Assembly (NCBI GenBank): GCA_046302715.1
Contig: JBKCHQ010000200.1
Coordinates: 46 to 64,045, forward strand
Source of the DNA: Bacteroidia bacterium
Lineage (GTDB): Bacteria; Bacteroidota; Bacteroidia; M30B66
Length of the DNA: 64,000 bases
Direction: 5' to 3'
Under the pieces are notes generated by a model. That model was not told where the DNA came from, searched no databases, and was given only the letters and a program-made list of their open reading frames with translations. Positions 9,554-19,372 of the stretch are shown here, one piece after another. The translations under genes and the position numbers were made by a program. Each line of letters opens with the position of its first letter. Within the stretch, counting starts at the first letter, position 1.

Positions 9554-10437
9554 ATTTTTTTACGAATAATCCTTAGGCTTTGCGGCAAAATTTTAATCTC
9601 AAGCCTACTGTCCATCGCCACAGGTTCCCCATCAATATTTACAAAGTCTTCGGCTGTTCGCTGTATGGTGAATGCATCGCTACAGTTAAAAAATCGTAAT
9701 GTGCTTATTTCTTTTCCTCTTTGCAATGCAAAAAGTAACTTCGGTAACTCATGCCAGCGTGGTTTGCTAAGAGCAACTATTTCGAACCGGCCATCGTTTG
9801 TTTGAGCATTTTTTGCAATAATAAAATTATTTCCAAACTGTTTTCCGTTGCAAACGGCAAGCACAAATCCGCTTATTTCAATTTCATTATTAGCCGTTAT
9901 GAGGGTGTACTTTTTTTCGGGGTAGTTAAAGAATTCGGAAAAGATAATATTCAGATACGTGCGTAAACCTCTGCGGCTGGAGCTTGAAAAAAGATTTGCA
10001 ACATGGGCGTCAAAGCCAATGCCGGCAATGTTTACAAAGAAATGTTCGTTCACCTGTCCGCTATCGATTAACGCTAAATGCTCGTGTTTCGCCAACAGCT
10101 TTATAGCCTTTTCCACATCGAAAGGCAAGCCCATTTCTCGCGCCAATCCATTCCCCGATCCCATGGGTATTATGCCCAGCAAGGTTTCGGTATGCACCAA
10201 TTGTGAGGCCACGTCGTTTACAGTTCCGTCGCCGCCACACGCTACAACAGCAAAGGTTTTATTGCTAACGGCCTCTTGAGCATATTGCTTGGTTTTCAAT
10301 GAACTTTCGGGGACTTCAATTCGAAAATTTAAGCCGTTTTCATGCGCAAAATGCTCAATTTTTCGAATGATATTTCGCTTATCACGCCCACCCGAAATAG
10401 GATTAACAATAAAAAGAAAGGATTTGTCTGTTGACAT
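9550..10437 (-). CDS. Diacylglycerol kinase catalytic-domain family lipid kinase (YegS/BmrU-like)
   Basis: FLFIVNPISGG...VVACGGDGTVNDV...GIIPMGSGNGLAR motifs of the DAGK_cat family. Confidence 0.75.
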   Translation of the reverse strand: MSTDKSFLFIVNPISGGRDKRNIIRKIEHFAHENGLNFRIEVPESSLKTKQYAQEAVSNKTFAVVACGGDGTVNDVASQLVHTETLLGIIPMGSGNGLAREMGLPFDVEKAIKLLAKHEHLALIDSGQVNEHFFVNIAGIGFDAHVANLFSSSSRRGLRTYLNIIFSEFFNYPEKKYTLITANNEIEISGFVLAVCNGKQFGNNFIIAKNAQTNDGRFEIVALSKPRWHELPKLLFALQRGKEISTLRFFNCSDAFTIQRTAEDFVNIDGEPVAMDSRLEIKILPQSLRIIRKKI

Positions 10438-11231
10438 TACCGATTAAAGTGGGCATTGATTATGGAGCGTAGCTCATCATTTATAGCCCCGTTTCCGGCC
10501 AGTAACTCTTTACCAAATAGATAATTTTCGCCCCCCGAGTAATCGCTTACTTCTCCACCTGCCTGTTTCACGATAAAGGCACCCGCAGCTACATCCCAAG
10601 GACTTAAACCATATTCGTAAAATGCTTCAAATCTGCCACATGCGACATAGGCGAGGTCTAATGCCGCAGAACCTAGTCGGCGAATACCGTGGGTAGATTT
10701 TACAAAATGCTGGAACAAGCGCATCCAGTCGTTCAGTTTTCCTTCATCTCTATATGGAAACCCGGTGACCAACAATGCATCTTTAAGTAATTGGCAATCA
10801 GATACGCTAATGGGATTTCCGTTGAGTCGGCTAATATCGTTTTGTATGGCATGAAAACATTCGTTATGGCTTACATCATAAACCACACCCATAACAGTTT
10901 CGCCGTTTAGCTGCAGCCCAATACTAATGCAAAAAAACGGCATGCCGTGAATAAAATTGGTGGTACCGTCAATGGGATCAATAATCCAACGGTAGGCTTT
11001 ATCCTCTTGTTCTACTGTTTTTTCCTCGGTTAAAAAGCAAGAGCCTGGAATTAGCTGCTTAAACTCTTTAACGAGCATCTCTTCTGCGCCTTTATCAACA
11101 TGCGTTACAAAATCGTTGATGCCTTTAGAATCAAAACCCACGCTTTTGAGAATTTGTTGTTCCTCAAGTATGTAGCGACCTGTGTTTTTACAAATGGTTA
11201 TAACATCAGAACACAATGCGTTTAAGTCCAT
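10437..11231 (-). CDS. suhB: Inositol monophosphatase family protein (SuhB-like)
   Basis: WIIDPIDGTTNF and metal-binding motifs of the IMPase family. Start trimmed to Met at 11231 to avoid overlap with lgt. Confidence 0.8.
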   Translation of the reverse strand: MDLNALCSDVITICKNTGRYILEEQQILKSVGFDSKGINDFVTHVDKGAEEMLVKEFKQLIPGSCFLTEEKTVEQEDKAYRWIIDPIDGTTNFIHGMPFFCISIGLQLNGETVMGVVYDVSHNECFHAIQNDISRLNGNPISVSDCQLLKDALLVTGFPYRDEGKLNDWMRLFQHFVKSTHGIRRLGSAALDLAYVACGRFEAFYEYGLSPWDVAAGAFIVKQAGGEVSDYSGGENYLFGKELLAGNGAINDELRSIINAHFNR

Positions 11232-11241
11232 AAGGCTACTT

Positions 11242-12396
11242 TCAATTTGATGCTTGGCGATGTTTTTTACGGGTGTACCACACACCAAAAATCCCAAGTA
11301 ATGCCATTATCACCGAGATAATTTGGGCCTGTGTTACCTCTAAACCGCCAATGTGATATACCTCGTTTACCCGGATGCTTTCAATTAAAAATCGCTCCAT
11401 GCCATTCATAATTAAATAAACACTAAATAAAAGGCCTGGTGTTGTTATTTTTTTGCGAATTGCCCATAAAATTCCAAAAAGTATAAGAGCCATTAGGGTT
11501 TCGTAAAACGAGGTTGGAAAAACAGGTTCGGGCAATTCGTGGCACCATCTCCCTACGCAACCGGGAATAGGAATGCCCTCATTATTAACATTGTGCGGAA
11601 ATTTAAACGACCACATCCAGTCGGGCAGCCCGCTCATCCATGAGGGTTTAGGAGCCTTATTCACGATTCCCCAGTCGCCATCGCCCGACATTTGGCACCC
11701 CAAGCGTCCAATGCCGTATGCCAGCATCAGCGAAGGTGCGGCTGCATCGCAAAGATGCACGGGCGAAATATTGTGTTTACGTGCGTAGCGAATAATTAAC
11801 GCAGCGGCAACTATCAAACCTCCGTAAAACGTTAAGCCCGAAAACGAAAATAAAGCCCCAATTGGATCGGCAAAAAATTCACTCGGATTTTCAAGGTTGT
11901 GAAATATTTTGGCGCCTAAAATACCACCAACTACAGCAATCATGACTATGTTGCCCAGATGATCTTCTGCATTTACTGGCTCCACTACAATTTTAGGCTC
12001 AGGTAGAAGCGCTTTATTAACCTCGTAATATTTCCAGTACGTGAGAATTGCGGCTCCCAAAATACCGCCCAAGAAGCTGCCATCAAAAGATAGTAAGAGT
12101 GCCTGAGGATTATCGGCAAATTGGGCATAGTTTGTAATCAAGTAAACCAGTTTGAAACCGAACAAGAATCCGCCCACAGCATTATAAATATATTCCTCAG
12201 GCTTTGCTTTTGCGCCAATAATGCGCTTTCGGCTGCCTGCTGTAAGCAAGCCCTCACCTTGCTTTCGGCGCAATTCTTTAGCAAGCAAAAAGGCAGCGAG
12301 CCCAAATGAAATAGCCACAAAAAATCCAAAAGTCTGAATGGGGAGTTTAAGGTTGATGCCAATACTTTTGAGAAACTCGCTTATGGTAGGGTACAT
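11242..12396 (-). CDS. lgt: Prolipoprotein diacylglyceryl transferase
   Basis: Multi-TM protein. Lgt signature region (PTSFYETLMALILFGILW) and conserved G-rich segment. Long Bacteroidota-type form. Confidence 0.85.
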   Translation of the reverse strand: MYPTISEFLKSIGINLKLPIQTFGFFVAISFGLAAFLLAKELRRKQGEGLLTAGSRKRIIGAKAKPEEYIYNAVGGFLFGFKLVYLITNYAQFADNPQALLLSFDGSFLGGILGAAILTYWKYYEVNKALLPEPKIVVEPVNAEDHLGNIVMIAVVGGILGAKIFHNLENPSEFFADPIGALFSFSGLTFYGGLIVAAALIIRYARKHNISPVHLCDAAAPSLMLAYGIGRLGCQMSGDGDWGIVNKAPKPSWMSGLPDWMWSFKFPHNVNNEGIPIPGCVGRWCHELPEPVFPTSFYETLMALILFGILWAIRKKITTPGLLFSVYLIMNGMERFLIESIRVNEVYHIGGLEVTQAQIISVIMALLGIFGVWYTRKKHRQASN

Positions 12397-12399
12397 TAT

Positions 12400-13755
12400 T
12401 TATGAAATTAAATCCGAAACTGGTAATGAAGCCATTAAAAGCCCTTGGTTTTCGGACTTGGAAAGACGGCAGTGAACTATTTTATTAATTATGGGCTCAC
12501 TCCAAGGAGCCTGAACTTTTATATAATTATCGGTGAAGCCGTACATGCATTCTCCGTCTTTTTCGGCCTCCCACAAAACGTTTCGCTCTGTATTTACAAA
12601 GCGTTCGTAAAATGCGTGACGCTTTTTTTCGGAGAGGATGCGCAGCATTTCGCTGCGTTGATTTCGCACTTGCATAGGCACTACTTCGGTCATTTCTGCT
12701 GCATCGGTATGGTCTCTTTCGGAGTAAGTAAACACATGCAGGTAGGCAATGGGGAGTTCGTTTAAATAGTTGTAGGTGTCCAAAAAATCAGCATCCGTTT
12801 CGCCAGGGAAGCCCACTATTACATCCACTCCAATAGCGGCATCGGGCATAAAACGAAGAATTTCATTTACGCGTTGTGTGTAAAGTTCTTTGCGGTAACG
12901 TCTGCGCATTGCACCTAATATTTTATTGCTGCCCGACTGAAGCGGAATATGAAAGTGGGGTACAAATTTTTGAGATGTTGCACAAAAGGCAATAATATCA
13001 TCGCTGAGTAAATTGGGCTCAACCGATGAAATTCTAATACGTTCAATACGATCGAGCTGGTCCAATTCCTTGAGAAGGGATAAAAAAGTTTCGCCGTTTT
13101 TTCGTCCGAAATCGCCGGTATTTACTCCTGTGAGCACCAATTCCGAAACATTTTTTTCGGCAATTAATTTTCGTGCTTGAACAATAGTTTCAGAAATGGT
13201 AGCACTTCGGCTGGTTCCACGAGCTAGGGGTATGGTGCAAAAACTACATGAATAATCGCAGCCATCCTGTATTTTAAAAAACACACGTGTGCGATCCTCT
13301 CCCGAATACGAAGGCATAAAAGTTTTAACCTCGTTGATAGCACAGGCATGAACTTCGGCCTGCTGTTTTTTCTCTATTTGGGTTAGAAAGTTGGGGAGAT
13401 TAAATTTTTCGTTTGCCCCCAAAACCAGGTCAACACCTTCAATGCTTGCAATTTCATCGGGTTTTAACTGTGCGTAACAACCTATAATGGCAATGAAGGC
13501 ATTAGGTGAAACCCGAAGGGCTTTATTTACCAGCGATCTGCATTTTTTGTCGGCATTTTCGGTAACCGAGCAGGTGTTGATTACATATATATCGGGTACC
13601 TCTTCAAAATCAACCCTTTGATAGCCGAGTGTTTTAAAGGAGCGTGCAATTTCAGAAGTTTCCGAAAAATTAAGCTTGCAGCCAAGCGTATGGAAGCACA
13701 CTTTTTTAGGAGGGTAATTTTCTGAATTCACGGTTATTTTTGGGCAAATGTACAT
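12400..13755 (-). CDS. mtaB: Radical-SAM methylthiotransferase, MtaB/MiaB family
   Basis: N-terminal MTTase domain (FHTLGCKLNFSETS), radical SAM CxxxCxxC (CDYSCSFCTIP) and a TRAM-like C-terminal part. Confidence 0.8.
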   Translation of the reverse strand: MYICPKITVNSENYPPKKVCFHTLGCKLNFSETSEIARSFKTLGYQRVDFEEVPDIYVINTCSVTENADKKCRSLVNKALRVSPNAFIAIIGCYAQLKPDEIASIEGVDLVLGANEKFNLPNFLTQIEKKQQAEVHACAINEVKTFMPSYSGEDRTRVFFKIQDGCDYSCSFCTIPLARGTSRSATISETIVQARKLIAEKNVSELVLTGVNTGDFGRKNGETFLSLLKELDQLDRIERIRISSVEPNLLSDDIIAFCATSQKFVPHFHIPLQSGSNKILGAMRRRYRKELYTQRVNEILRFMPDAAIGVDVIVGFPGETDADFLDTYNYLNELPIAYLHVFTYSERDHTDAAEMTEVVPMQVRNQRSEMLRILSEKKRHAFYERFVNTERNVLWEAEKDGECMYGFTDNYIKVQAPWSEPIINKIVHCRLSKSENQGLLMASLPVSDLIS

Positions 13756-13866
13756 TTTTAAACGATTTGCAGGGTGCCGTTTTTGATAAATAATGCAGTC
13801 AAATTAATTTTATAAATCAGTAAAACAGATGGTTACGTGAAAATCATTGACTTGCAGCATAGATGC

Positions 13867-13898
13867 GTTTGCATGAAAGCTTAATTACACTAAATTTG
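13867..13898 (+). promoter_or_regulatory. Putative Bacteroidota sigma-A promoter (-33 TTTG ... -7 TAAATTTG) for tRNA-Glu/rpsT
   Basis: Exact TAnnTTTG match (TAAATTTG at 13891-13898). TTTG at 13867-13870 gives a 20-nt spacer. Lies 20 nt upstream of the mature tRNA 5' end. Confidence 0.4.
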
Positions 13899-13917
13899 CA
13901 GTCCAATTTTAAAAATT

Positions 13918-13989
<72 letters not shown>

Positions 13990-14006
13990 CAAATACTAAT
14001 AAAGAG

Positions 14007-14264
14007 ATGGCTAATCATCAATCAGCAATGAAACGTATTCGCTCCAGCGAAACTAAGCGGGTGTTGAATCGTTATGTTCATAAAACAACACGCAATGCAA
14101 TGAAGAAGTTGCGCCTTACCTCAAAGAAGAAGGAAGCTGCAAAACTTCTTATTGAAGTAACATCAATGCTCGATAAACTTGCTAAGCGCAATGTGATTCA
14201 CAAAAATAAAGCGGGAAACTTGGTGGGTAAACTTACCCGTCACGTTAATGCGCTTTCTAAGTAA
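14007..14264 (+). CDS. rpsT: 30S ribosomal protein S20
   Basis: MANHQSAMKRIRSSETKRVLNRY...; 85 aa, basic, typical S20. The longer listed ORF from 13863 runs across the tRNA and is rejected. Confidence 0.85.
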   Translation: MANHQSAMKRIRSSETKRVLNRYVHKTTRNAMKKLRLTSKKKEAAKLLIEVTSMLDKLAKRNVIHKNKAGNLVGKLTRHVNALSK

Positions 14265-14283
14265 GATTCAACTTATATTATTT

Positions 14284-14322
14284 AATGGGTTTGTTCAGCA
14301 ATGATCAAACCCATTTTTATTT
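14284..14322. terminator. Rho-independent terminator hairpin between convergent rpsT and the pgm-like gene
   Basis: AATGGGTTTG...(loop)...CAAACCCATT followed by TTTTATTTT. Confidence 0.5.
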
Positions 14323-14334
14323 TGTGACATTTAC

Positions 14335-15744
14335 TTACACCTCCAGTACTTTGCGAGTTTCGCTTAATATGGATTGCGCCTCATCCATGGTTGTCGCCTC
14401 AGCATAAATACGCAGTAAGGGTTCGGTTCCGGATGGACGAATCATCACCCATGAATTTTCATCGAGGAAATGCTTGTATCCATCTAAATCGTCAACAGAC
14501 TGAACCGTGTAGCGTCCGAAATTTTTGAAAGCACGGCTTTTGCATTTCGAGATGATATCTTGCTTAACCGCTTCGGGCAGATGAACATCGTTACGGTCGA
14601 AGCTGAAGGGCCCAACGATTTCATATACTTCCTGAATTAACTCCTCTAGTTTTTTGCCCGATTTAGCCATAAACTCCCAAATAACCAATCCCATCCATAT
14701 GCCGTCGCGTTCCGGAATATGGCCTTTTATAGCAATACCACCCGATTCTTCGCCCCCCAGTAAAACATCTTCATGTATCATGATGCCGGCTATGTATTTA
14801 AAGCCAATTTTAACGGTTTCGAGCTCTAGCCCATAATGGGCACATAATTTTTTGACTTTAACCGAGGATGAAAATGCTGTGCATACCTTGCCGCTGTAGC
14901 CTTTATATTTCACCAAATAATGGATGAGCAATAAAATGATGTGATGCGAGTCAACGAAATTGCCTTTACTGTCGAACAGTCCAATTCTATCGGCATCGCC
15001 ATCGGTAGCCAAACCGCAGTCAATATTTTCGGCAATACGTATCATTTCGGAGAATTCGCTAAGGTTTCGAGCAATAGGCTCTGGTGCTTGTCCATCGAAC
15101 GATGGATTATAATCGCAATGCAATAGCGTGGTGTCGGGCAGCAATCGCCGAATTACATTTTGCCCTGCACCGTACATGGCATCATAAGCCAATTCTAGAT
15201 TGGAGTTTCGGATTGCATCCAAATCAAAACTGCGTTCTATATGAACACAATATTCATCTTCCAGGGCCACCCAGCGCAAAAGACCTTGTTGTTCAGCTTT
15301 TTCAAATGAAACATTCGTATACGTTTCGTCCACTGTATCTGGAATGAGCTTCTCAATTTCATCTATTTTTTCGGGAAGTAATGGCCCCCCATAATGTCCT
15401 TTTAATTTAAATCCGTTGTAGGATGGAGGATTATGACTTGCAGTAATGATGATTCCAAGGCTGCAATTATGATGTTTTGCAGCCAGTGAAATCATGGGTG
15501 TGGATACAAAGCCTTTGGAAAGCCTAACTTCAATGCCATGTTCAATCATTACACGCGCTACAGTATCGGCAAATAAGGCTCCTGCAAAGCGACAATCGTG
15601 GCCGATAACAACTGATGGGTTGCTGAAATTATTTTTCAGCCAAAGTGCGGTGCCGGTCGTAACTCGTGCTACATTTTCGACCGTAAAATCATCTGCAATT
15701 ATGGCACGCCAGCCATCGGTTCCAAATTTTATTGCTTTTGTCAT
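14335..15744 (-). CDS. Phosphoglucomutase/phosphomannomutase family protein
   Basis: Active-site serine loop (GIIITASHNPPSYNGFK) and metal-binding loop (DGDADR). Four-domain alpha-D-phosphohexomutase architecture. Confidence 0.8.
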   Translation of the reverse strand: MTKAIKFGTDGWRAIIADDFTVENVARVTTGTALWLKNNFSNPSVVIGHDCRFAGALFADTVARVMIEHGIEVRLSKGFVSTPMISLAAKHHNCSLGIIITASHNPPSYNGFKLKGHYGGPLLPEKIDEIEKLIPDTVDETYTNVSFEKAEQQGLLRWVALEDEYCVHIERSFDLDAIRNSNLELAYDAMYGAGQNVIRRLLPDTTLLHCDYNPSFDGQAPEPIARNLSEFSEMIRIAENIDCGLATDGDADRIGLFDSKGNFVDSHHIILLLIHYLVKYKGYSGKVCTAFSSSVKVKKLCAHYGLELETVKIGFKYIAGIMIHEDVLLGGEESGGIAIKGHIPERDGIWMGLVIWEFMAKSGKKLEELIQEVYEIVGPFSFDRNDVHLPEAVKQDIISKCKSRAFKNFGRYTVQSVDDLDGYKHFLDENSWVMIRPSGTEPLLRIYAEATTMDEAQSILSETRKVLEV

Positions 15745-15761
15745 TTTTCGTTCATTGATTA

Positions 15762-16853
15762 TTAAATACCCCGCCTGTTCAGTTCTCGGTGATATTTTGC
15801 GGCATTGGCCAAATGTTCAGAATAGGTTTTTGCAAAATCGTGGTATCCCGAGCGATCGGGCCGTGCACAAAAGTAAATAAATTCATGTTGTGAGGCCTCA
15901 AGTACCGCATCGATGCAGCTGCTGTTCGCCATGTAAATGGGGCCGGGGGGAAGGCCCTCGTATTTATACGTATTGTAGGGCGAGTCAACGCTGAGGTGTT
16001 CTTTTAAAATACGTCGTAGGCCAAAGTTGCCCAAGGCAAATTTGACAGTGGGATCTGCCTGCAACTTCATTCCACAATTGAGGCGGTTAAGATAAACCCC
16101 GGCAATGGTGGGCCACTCATCCTTCTTGTTTGATTCTTGTTGCACAATGGATGCTATAACCGAAATCTGATCGGGCCGCAAGCCCAGTTTTTGTGCCTGC
16201 GTTTTGCGTTTGTTATCCCAAAAATCTTGGTAGTATCCGGCCATCTTTTTCATAAATCCTTCGGCCGAGGTATTCCAATAAAACTCATAAGTATTTGGCA
16301 TTATAAGACTTAATGCGTTTTCGGCATTAAGGCCGTATGTTTTTTGAAATTCTTCCGAATCCATATACCGAATAATACTTGTAGAGTCGGCCTCAAGGTA
16401 TTTCGAAACTTTTGAAGCCAGCTCATGGCGGGTTCGAATACTTTTAAAGGTAAGCCTTACCGGTTCTTGCTGACCCGATTGTAAAAGCGCTATTAATTCA
16501 CGGTTCGACATACCAGGTTTTATTTTGTAGCGTCCCGGCTTTATCGCATGAGTATAACCCATAAAATCAGCCATCCATCTAAACGTATCTTCGCTTTCCA
16601 ATAAACCTTCTGACGATAAATAACGAACCACATCATCAAATTTGAAGTTGCTTCGTATGTACACAAATTCAGTTGGTTTTTTAAAACGCAGATTTGATTT
16701 AAAGGCATTATGGTAAATAAAAAAAATGCTGCCGGCCAATAAAAAGAAAAACGCAACGGCTAACATCATCAGAATGGCTTTATTTTTTTGAATAAACCCT
16801 TTTTTAGCGGGCGTTTTCTTTATAGTTTTTTTCTTAGGCATAAAAATATACAA
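15762..16853 (-). CDS. mltG: Endolytic murein transglycosylase MltG (YceG-like)
   Basis: N-terminal TM anchor and YceG domain with conserved residues near GLPPGPI and VQQESNKKDEWPTIAGV. Confidence 0.85.
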   Translation of the reverse strand: MYIFMPKKKTIKKTPAKKGFIQKNKAILMMLAVAFFFLLAGSIFFIYHNAFKSNLRFKKPTEFVYIRSNFKFDDVVRYLSSEGLLESEDTFRWMADFMGYTHAIKPGRYKIKPGMSNRELIALLQSGQQEPVRLTFKSIRTRHELASKVSKYLEADSTSIIRYMDSEEFQKTYGLNAENALSLIMPNTYEFYWNTSAEGFMKKMAGYYQDFWDNKRKTQAQKLGLRPDQISVIASIVQQESNKKDEWPTIAGVYLNRLNCGMKLQADPTVKFALGNFGLRRILKEHLSVDSPYNTYKYEGLPPGPIYMANSSCIDAVLEASQHEFIYFCARPDRSGYHDFAKTYSEHLANAAKYHRELNRRGI

Positions 16854-18866
16854 TTAACGCATAATTTCTTTTTCAAGTAATTTATACTCTTCTTGTTGAG
16901 GGAAATATCGTATAAGTTTTTTAATATTTCTTTGAGCCATTTCGGTATCACCGTTAAACATTTGAAGACCCACTAAATTGATCCAGGCTTGGTGGTAGTT
17001 GGGATCGAGTGCGATTGCTTTTTTATAGTATAATTCAGCTTTTTTACTGTCACCTTCTAGCAATTTAACATATCCTAAATTGCACCATGCAGCAGCAAAA
17101 AACGGGGCCTCGTTTATCAATTTAAACCAAGTGCTGCCGGCTTTATCTTTTTGACCGCTCTTAAATAATGCAGACGCATATTTATTAGCAAAATCGAACT
17201 GATACGGGGCTAGGGTGCAGGCTTTGCTGAAAAAGGGTAATGCGAGGTCAACCAATCCCAGTTCGGAGTAGCTTTCGGCAATGCGATAGGCGGTCCAGGC
17301 ATCTAAGTTGTTTAGCGATTTATTGAGTAAGATTTGTCCCAGCACTTTATTATTTCCAAGTTTTTGCACCAAGGAGGTTATTTTAGCATAGTCTTTACGG
17401 GTAAAATGGAGATGAATAGATTCTTTTAAAAGGCGATTGTTTTGAGTATTTGCTTTACTCAATAATGTTTCTGCACTGTCAAGTAAGAAGTTTTTGCCGG
17501 GATCAAATTTTTCAAACTGTTGTATGTAGGCAATAATTTTACTGCGCTCGTCAGGTTGGGTGTTGTTGATACATTCGAGCCGTAAAAAACTTCCGGTATT
17601 CTCTGATCTAACGTTCTCTTTTGCCGCGTTTTTACGGATATAATGGTCATGTACACGTACATGCGGTATGTCCATTGAGCCGCTTACAGGCATATGACAA
17701 CTCACGCAGTTGTTGTTAGATTTTTTCTGAACCATGACGTCTTCAGTACACACTTTTTGATCTGATTTTGTATGACAAGAAGCACAAATAGTATTGAAAT
17801 GTCCCTCGTTTTGTTTTTGAACGCTCACATGCGGATTATGGCAGGTAACGCAGGTCATCGCATTTTTGTAGGGACGCAGACTATTGGCGCTGCCTTTTCG
17901 TTGAGCCATAACTTTAAAGCAGCTGCTCATTTTTAATCGGTCGGCATGCGAGGCCATAATAAAATGCTCTTCATCGTTTTCATAACGAGGAAGGTAAACA
18001 TCCATCACCTCATTGAGCCGCATGGATGGTTTGAAATCAAAAAAGGACTTGCCCTCTTTTAATACAGCATTTCCTTGGAGATGGCAGCGCTGACAAAGGT
18101 CGAACTGTGCATCAATGGGTAATTTGCCCGGATTAACAATCGAATAATCAATATGCTTTGCTGTATCAATTAATATCCCTGCTTGTTTTTCGCGTACATG
18201 TATGCTGCCCGGACCATGACAACGTTCACAGTCGATACCTTCGGGGATGTTTAAGAATTTATTCTCTGAACCGGCAACAAATTCTGGATAGGCGTTATGA
18301 CAGGCCATACATTCCAGTCCTATCTGTCGGCTAAATCTCGAGTTAAATCCGTTTTCATATCCCGGCGGCAAATCCCAAATCCCTTTTTGGGTGTAAAAGG
18401 TTAAGGGCGCCTGAAAAACATACCCGTTCCAATTAAACAGATGCGAATTGGTGTGTTGTCCCGATCCAATAATATACGATATGCTTTGTTTTCGTTTATG
18501 GACGGTGTCAGTGCCTTCGAGTCGATATTCCAGCACATACATGCTGTCGGAGGAATACTTCATCTGGTACCATAAATTCAGATCCTTATCATAAACAGGG
18601 TCTTGTTTGGCCAGGCGACCCGCAGATTTATCGGGATGTGCATTTGAAAGCGAACGCCCCATTCCGGTTTCAAGAAATCCTTGATGCGCCCCTGCATGAC
18701 AGCTTAAGCACACGGTTTTGCCTACATAGCGAACGGAGTCGTGCAGATTTAAATAGGTTTGATTTTTTGCAGCCTGTTTTTCGCTGGAGCAGTAAAAGCC
18801 CAAAAAACCAAGAAAAACAATGGATAAGGCGCTGAGTATTCGTTTCACAAAAGGGGCTTTCCGCAA
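16854..18866 (-). CDS. Heptaheme c-type cytochrome fused to C-terminal TPR repeats (likely lipoprotein/periplasmic)
   Basis: Seven CxxCH motifs (CLSCH, CMACH, CERCH, CQRCH, CVTCH, CASCH, CVSCH). Signal peptide with Cys (FLGFLGFYCSS). C-terminal ~170 aa with TPR-like W/Y-A-Y-G-A-P repeats. Stop abuts the mltG start with no gap. Confidence 0.7.
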   Translation of the reverse strand: MRKAPFVKRILSALSIVFLGFLGFYCSSEKQAAKNQTYLNLHDSVRYVGKTVCLSCHAGAHQGFLETGMGRSLSNAHPDKSAGRLAKQDPVYDKDLNLWYQMKYSSDSMYVLEYRLEGTDTVHKRKQSISYIIGSGQHTNSHLFNWNGYVFQAPLTFYTQKGIWDLPPGYENGFNSRFSRQIGLECMACHNAYPEFVAGSENKFLNIPEGIDCERCHGPGSIHVREKQAGILIDTAKHIDYSIVNPGKLPIDAQFDLCQRCHLQGNAVLKEGKSFFDFKPSMRLNEVMDVYLPRYENDEEHFIMASHADRLKMSSCFKVMAQRKGSANSLRPYKNAMTCVTCHNPHVSVQKQNEGHFNTICASCHTKSDQKVCTEDVMVQKKSNNNCVSCHMPVSGSMDIPHVRVHDHYIRKNAAKENVRSENTGSFLRLECINNTQPDERSKIIAYIQQFEKFDPGKNFLLDSAETLLSKANTQNNRLLKESIHLHFTRKDYAKITSLVQKLGNNKVLGQILLNKSLNNLDAWTAYRIAESYSELGLVDLALPFFSKACTLAPYQFDFANKYASALFKSGQKDKAGSTWFKLINEAPFFAAAWCNLGYVKLLEGDSKKAELYYKKAIALDPNYHQAWINLVGLQMFNGDTEMAQRNIKKLIRYFPQQEEYKLLEKEIMR

Positions 18867-18871
18867 ATTTA

Positions 18872-19342
18872 TTAATCCAATTTGTATTCAAGGCAAACCC
18901 TTGAATCGCTTTGCAATATTTCTTTAAACCCCGATTTCGTAAAAAGACGATGCGATGCCCGATTATCGGTATAAACTTCGGCCATTAAGCATACCAAACC
19001 CCATTCATTGGCCTTTTCCAAAAGCAATTTTAAGGCGAGGAAGCCCAAACCTCTATTTCTGAATGGGCCATCTATAATTATCCCTACATGGGCACACCGT
19101 TCGTTAAAATTCGCATCAAATAAATCAATAAATCCTACGGGCTGTTCATTATTGCAAATCACATAGCGTATCTGCAGATCGGTTTCGAAATCGCTTTCTT
19201 GTGAAATGTATGCTGCCAATTCGTCAACATTCGGAACAGGCGTATTGGGCAAATGATACCGAATCACCTCTGGATGGCTTTCAACCTTTAATAAAAAAGG
19301 CAAATCCATTATATCCAACCGTCGCAGTGTAACTTTGCTCAT
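18872..19342 (-). CDS. GNAT family N-acetyltransferase
   Basis: RNRGLGFLALKLLLEKA acetyl-CoA binding motif. 156 aa. Confidence 0.6.
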   Translation of the reverse strand: MSKVTLRRLDIMDLPFLLKVESHPEVIRYHLPNTPVPNVDELAAYISQESDFETDLQIRYVICNNEQPVGFIDLFDANFNERCAHVGIIIDGPFRNRGLGFLALKLLLEKANEWGLVCLMAEVYTDNRASHRLFTKSGFKEILQSDSRVCLEYKLD

Positions 19343-19372
19343 AAACTTGGGTAAAGTTACACAAAGGGCTGC

